Source: Clostridia bacterium
GTDB lineage: Bacteria; Bacillota; Clostridia; Oscillospirales; CAG-272
Direction: 5' to 3'
Length of the DNA stretch: 64,000 nt
Assembly: GCA_017462545.1 (NCBI GenBank)
Contig: JAFTQX010000052.1
Span: forward strand, 8,148 to 72,147
This document shows positions 61,601 through 64,000 of this stretch, piece after piece. The position numbers and the translations under genes are program-made. Positions within the stretch are counted from its first letter, which is position 1. The number at the start of each line of letters is the position of its first letter. The notes below the pieces were generated by a model. That model searched no databases. It was not told the DNA's origin and saw only the letters and a program-made list of their open reading frames with translations.

Positions 61601-63280
61601 GGCTGCGGTGAGCAGGAAGTCCACTTTCTGGCCCTTGCGAACAAAGATCTGCTCAGGCATGGTGGCGTTCAGCGTGGCAGAAACATCTACGCCCTTTTCG
61701 TTGACCGTTTCGTACGGCTTTGCCCACTTGGTCATGTCCGTCGGGTCGCCGCCGGCGGTCGGCCATACCATTACGCCGTCCACAAAGATGGCGGCACGCA
61801 CGGTGCTGAAGTTGCAGTTGAAGCCATAGTTGCTTCGCATAAATTCAGAGAAGGAGGTGTTGATATAGCCGGTATACTCTGCCGTGTAGCGGTAGCCGCC
61901 CGTACCAACAGTACCGCTGCCGTCATTGGCCAGAACGATATCCCACTTCTTACCCCAGGAGGCATTGGCGGGCCCCATCCCGTAATTGATCAGGAAGGGA
62001 GCGGCGGTATCAGAGCCATAGTCCTTGATCGAGGTAAGAAAATCGTCTGCTCGGCTGCTCTTGGTATAATATTCGATCAGATCGGAATCCATTGCGGAGA
62101 TTGCGCTCCAGGTGGGGTAGGTGATCATCTGCCAGTCGCCGGGATAGGTGATCTCAGGATCGGTATCGCTGGCTGTGCCGCAGATCGGGCTGTTATTGAC
62201 ATCAAGAGGCGTGCCGGGCGTGTAGGCGGGCATCGTGCTCACGATGTCCTCCCAATATACATTCGAGGTCTCTGTATACGAAACAGTAGCATTCATCTGC
62301 ACGGTGCTAACATTGCTGACACTGTCGCGGCCGATGACAAAGCGAATGGTATCGCCGGCCTTGACGGAAAGTCCTGTATAGGTGGCAGTAGGAATATCTA
62401 CCTTGGTCTTGGCAGACAGGCTGCTTGCGTTGCCGCATGCTGCCTTGTACCAGCCTTCAAATACAGAGCCGGTGGTGTCTACCTTTTTGCCGGCAGCAGT
62501 AGCGGGCCAGATGATGGTATCATTTTGGGCAACGGCGATATAGGCAGCTGCATTGGCGGCTGCGCCGGAAAGGAAGGAAAGACCGTTAAAGTCCAGATCC
62601 ACCGTACCGTCTACCAGTGCCGTCCAAGAGAGCGCAACGGCATGATCAAATTGGGTCTTACTCAAAATAATGCTGTCGCCGCCGTAGCCGGTGGCCAGAT
62701 AAATGCCGCCATAATCCCAATGGTACTTACCGGCTCCCTGCGCAACGGATGCGGCGGGAATTTCGGTAAAGGCGTTATACACGCTCTGATCGGTATAATG
62801 ACCGATCTGCCAAGCACCACGGAAGCCGGTGAACACATAAGAACCGCCGCTTGTGGTAAACATGGGGAAATGAGAGCTTTTATCAAAGGAGAAGGACGAG
62901 GATTTCAGATACGGATAAAACGTCATGTCCTCATCAATGTAGGTGCCGCTGTAGGCATTGGCATCACGGAAGCTGCCTTTGGCATCTACGCTGTACCAGC
63001 CGAGAATTTCAGCGGGGTCGATGCCGCGCATCAGGCATTCTTCATCCGTCGGGGTAGAGAATACAACAAAGCCGGGCTTGGCTGTGCGTTCAGCAACCAT
63101 GGTGCCGAGAGCACCCGCGCCGCGCGCATCCGCCAGACGGAAGGCGATAGAGACATTTTCGGCCTTCTCTGCAAACGGGTCACCGGACTCGGCCGTGACC
63201 GGCAGGACGATGGCAGGTACTGCCAAAAACACCATGCACAGGGAAAGGAGCAGGCATAGAAGCCGTTTGGTAAGTTTCAT
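58688..63280 (-). CDS. giant exported protein (~1530 aa): unassigned N-terminal ~870 aa, then a metallophosphoesterase domain, an FN3 domain and a LamG/ConA-like lectin domain
   Basis: Signal peptide (LLCLLLSLCMVFLAVPAIVLPVTAES). Metallophosphoesterase motifs VISDTHVG, VSGDLTHDG, VTGNHEF and WFSGHTH (about 59990-60610). An FN3-like segment STSYTVRVVAESEFEKYSDPLTLTFTTP. A C-terminal LamG_3-like segment (DFNGSSAYGYTL...LYVGGDS). ATG 63280 follows a GAAAGGAAC RBS. Confidence 0.8.
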   Translation of the reverse strand: MKLTKRLLCLLLSLCMVFLAVPAIVLPVTAESGDPFAEKAENVSIAFRLADARGAGALGTMVAERTAKPGFVVFSTPTDEECLMRGIDPAEILGWYSVDAKGSFRDANAYSGTYIDEDMTFYPYLKSSSFSFDKSSHFPMFTTSGGSYVFTGFRGAWQIGHYTDQSVYNAFTEIPAASVAQGAGKYHWDYGGIYLATGYGGDSIILSKTQFDHAVALSWTALVDGTVDLDFNGLSFLSGAAANAAAYIAVAQNDTIIWPATAAGKKVDTTGSVFEGWYKAACGNASSLSAKTKVDIPTATYTGLSVKAGDTIRFVIGRDSVSNVSTVQMNATVSYTETSNVYWEDIVSTMPAYTPGTPLDVNNSPICGTASDTDPEITYPGDWQMITYPTWSAISAMDSDLIEYYTKSSRADDFLTSIKDYGSDTAAPFLINYGMGPANASWGKKWDIVLANDGSGTVGTGGYRYTAEYTGYINTSFSEFMRSNYGFNCNFSTVRAAIFVDGVMVWPTAGGDPTDMTKWAKPYETVNEKGVDVSATLNATMPEQIFVRKGQKVDFLLTAAEKVNVWNGAGNIMHPVITYDTAFVTDFQAYASLGDALAMTFTADTTGGSFLPVENHPYLLADTISIALTYNNEDQINASTVTNGIVKASVDGIVARCMNDKIDYTMTADVKLPDGSIEKDIVLESGSISPADYMKNLIATYSDNAIRDLALSTLLYGAEAQRYFNYNTSNPADAGVDKELSFTMPAPVDRLAITGEGDYVFTAASLIAGDMVTIKLYVDTATPLDEALCISVNNGQRKIELTARGEDTTGAHLKAFVTVPYKDFATDMTFEVCKSDGTVISQKLTYSVETYAARTTDVAEQADLIAAIRAAGQAALNYCNVTAPTPDGNIVTRAAVISDTHVGRANSYANAKTANALQKINEYFDGKTDIVIVSGDLTHDGKDSEFASLVEIFSDPNNIEQDTRFGFVTGNHEFYRKNTDGSTVSAANVLTKFQDTLSPFHDEEGVDHTIIMNGVYFIGLSARTESLKFGTEAEAYLRKQVAAAAAANPDAPIILYSHIGYGDVSSSTQIALSAETVEFLKGYPQIIWFSGHTHYVAQDPNQIGQDYYTSIQVPTTGGMLADRNFQGSNAAHNADSSQGLMMTISDTNVVKIYRYDFATGEQIGQTWTIDIPAIQRSTSNFTYSRTARKNAAAAPDFGTSTIQIDELTTSNAAFTLPLAHINDQVSDDAVVYYHVFVMDENNKLVTSSKIYSEYYRGSRAAKDIAFSVAGLSPSTSYTVRVVAESEFEKYSDPLTLTFTTPAKGSASLDNLTTLLEVDYTTGNAQDTKGHSMVTYGQPTLAAGKAADFNGSSAYGYTLTPSDFAAMKDSLTIETVVTIDSTNGYRADINWEYCGLVSNVEFGGFGISYIFKNQTLRFTLGDHYTGVFSGSSYSEVKLEVPVELDTPLHIIATATGNFMCIYINGQLAGSILFDGDIYHTPYSTNLYVGGDSAQSSGMQSPTFCDVAYAKLYAEGVSPDQAALMYANYTAE

Positions 63281-63319
63281 AGCAAGGGTTCCTTTCAAAA
63301 TTGAATTTTGATATGTACT

Positions 63320-63348
63320 ATTATAATAATATTTGTAGGAAAAGTCAA
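63320..63348 (-). promoter_or_regulatory. promoter for the giant exported protein gene (TTGACT-17-TATAAT)
   Basis: On the minus strand, TTGACT lies at 63348-63343 and TATAAT at 63325-63320. Confidence 0.65.
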
Positions 63349-63381
63349 TCCTTTTTGGTGATTTTGTCCATGTTAAAAAGC

Positions 63382-64000
63382 TTAAGGGCGGATTTTTTCA
63401 CGGTAGGTAGCAGGAGAGCAGTTATATTCTGTTTCAAAATCACGGTAAAACTGTGTGCGATTGGTGTAGCCCACCACCGTAATCACCTCGCTGACGTTCA
63501 TGTCCCCCTCCCAAAGGAGCGAGGCGGCATAGGCAATGCGGCGTTTTCGTAAATAATCCTTGATTCCCATGCCGTACAGGGCGCGAAAGGCGCGGCCGAG
63601 ATAGGCGGGGTGATAGTGCAGAGAGGCCGCCATCGAGGCAATGGTGATGGGCGAGGTAAAGTTGGCATCCAGATAAGAGGCCAGGGCCTTTTTGGAAAGC
63701 TTCTTGCGTGAAGGCGCTTTTTCCTCATGCAGAGAACGAATCAGCTTGGCAAATACCAGGCGCATATAGCCGTTCAGCACAAAACGGCGGCCGATCTTGT
63801 CACCGCGTGACTCGTCATACATGCGTTCCATCAGCTGCTCTGTCTCGGCTCTGTCCACACCGGAAAGATGTACACAACGCGGCGTACCGTCCTGCAGACC
63901 GCTACCATCCGAAAAAAACAGACGGAACACGTCGTCCACGCTACCGCTGTCGATCAGGTTTTCGCACAGAAACTCCGGCTTGACCAGCAAATTGTAAAAT
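63382..64000 (-). CDS. AraC-family transcriptional regulator, C-terminal part; the N-terminus probably lies beyond the window
   Basis: C-terminal double HTH (ITIASMAASLHYHPAYLGRAFRALYGMGIKDYLRKRR...VVGYTNRTQFYRDFETEYNCSPATYRE). The frame stays open past 63990 to the window edge. Confidence 0.8.
   Translation of the reverse strand, partial: FYNLLVKPEFLCENLIDSGSVDDVFRLFFSDGSGLQDGTPRCVHLSGVDRAETEQLMERMYDESRGDKIGRRFVLNGYMRLVFAKLIRSLHEEKAPSRKKLSKKALASYLDANFTSPITIASMAASLHYHPAYLGRAFRALYGMGIKDYLRKRRIAYAASLLWEGDMNVSEVITVVGYTNRTQFYRDFETEYNCSPATYREKIRP

Noticed and set aside
58682-63259. Plus-strand ORFs of 476 aa (58682-60112) and 1000 aa (60257-63259) opposite the giant exported protein gene.
   Set aside because: They are antisense shadows. 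The minus-strand frame carries the coherent domain series (signal peptide, metallophosphoesterase, FN3, LamG) plus a consensus promoter and RBS.

Overview
This is a high-GC (roughly 60%) Firmicutes/Clostridia-type chromosomal segment, judged from an HPr carrying both His15 and Ser46, the pheST-coaD-rsmD-uvrC arrangement and GGAGG ribosome-binding sites. It is densely coding, and I annotate about 55 CDS. The content falls into three groups. (1) Carbohydrate and polyol catabolism: an iolJ/iolC/iolB-like block with an epimerase, a DUF4867-like protein, an FGGY kinase and a fused ETF; GH35, uxaC and a beta-helix protein; a Gfo/Idh/MocA and Zn-ADH pair with an AraC regulator; and a DeoR-GDPD-HAD-glycerol-1-phosphate dehydrogenase-fucO locus. 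(2) Housekeeping genes: feoAB, yfcE, pheST, coaD, rsmD, uvrC, ptsH, rimM-trmD, tadA, secG and rnr. (3) Envelope and secreted proteins: an O-antigen-ligase-like protein, a GT4 glycosyltransferase, a CPBP protease, and two very large exported metallophosphoesterase proteins. I found no rRNA, tRNA, CRISPR array, transposase, integrase or recognisable phage gene, and no convincing multi-gene defence system. Six items deserve a second look:
- a ~0.9 kb low-GC islet carrying a SLOG/DUF1273 gene and an XRE-type HTH gene with back-to-back consensus promoters;
- an orphan Eco57I/TaqI-architecture methyltransferase homologue whose catalytic NPPY motif reads NAPR;
- a single-polypeptide EtfB-EtfA fusion at the end of a sugar operon;
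- a GDPD-HAD-G1P dehydrogenase operon;
- a 1028-aa surface protein with a Cys-containing tripartite C-terminal sorting-like signal;
- a hairpin-dense 430-nt convergent intergenic region containing a TIR-bounded REP/MITE-like element.
Many long ORFs in the track are antisense mirror ORFs typical of high-GC DNA, and I rejected them. All functional calls come from motif recognition by eye; no database search was run.
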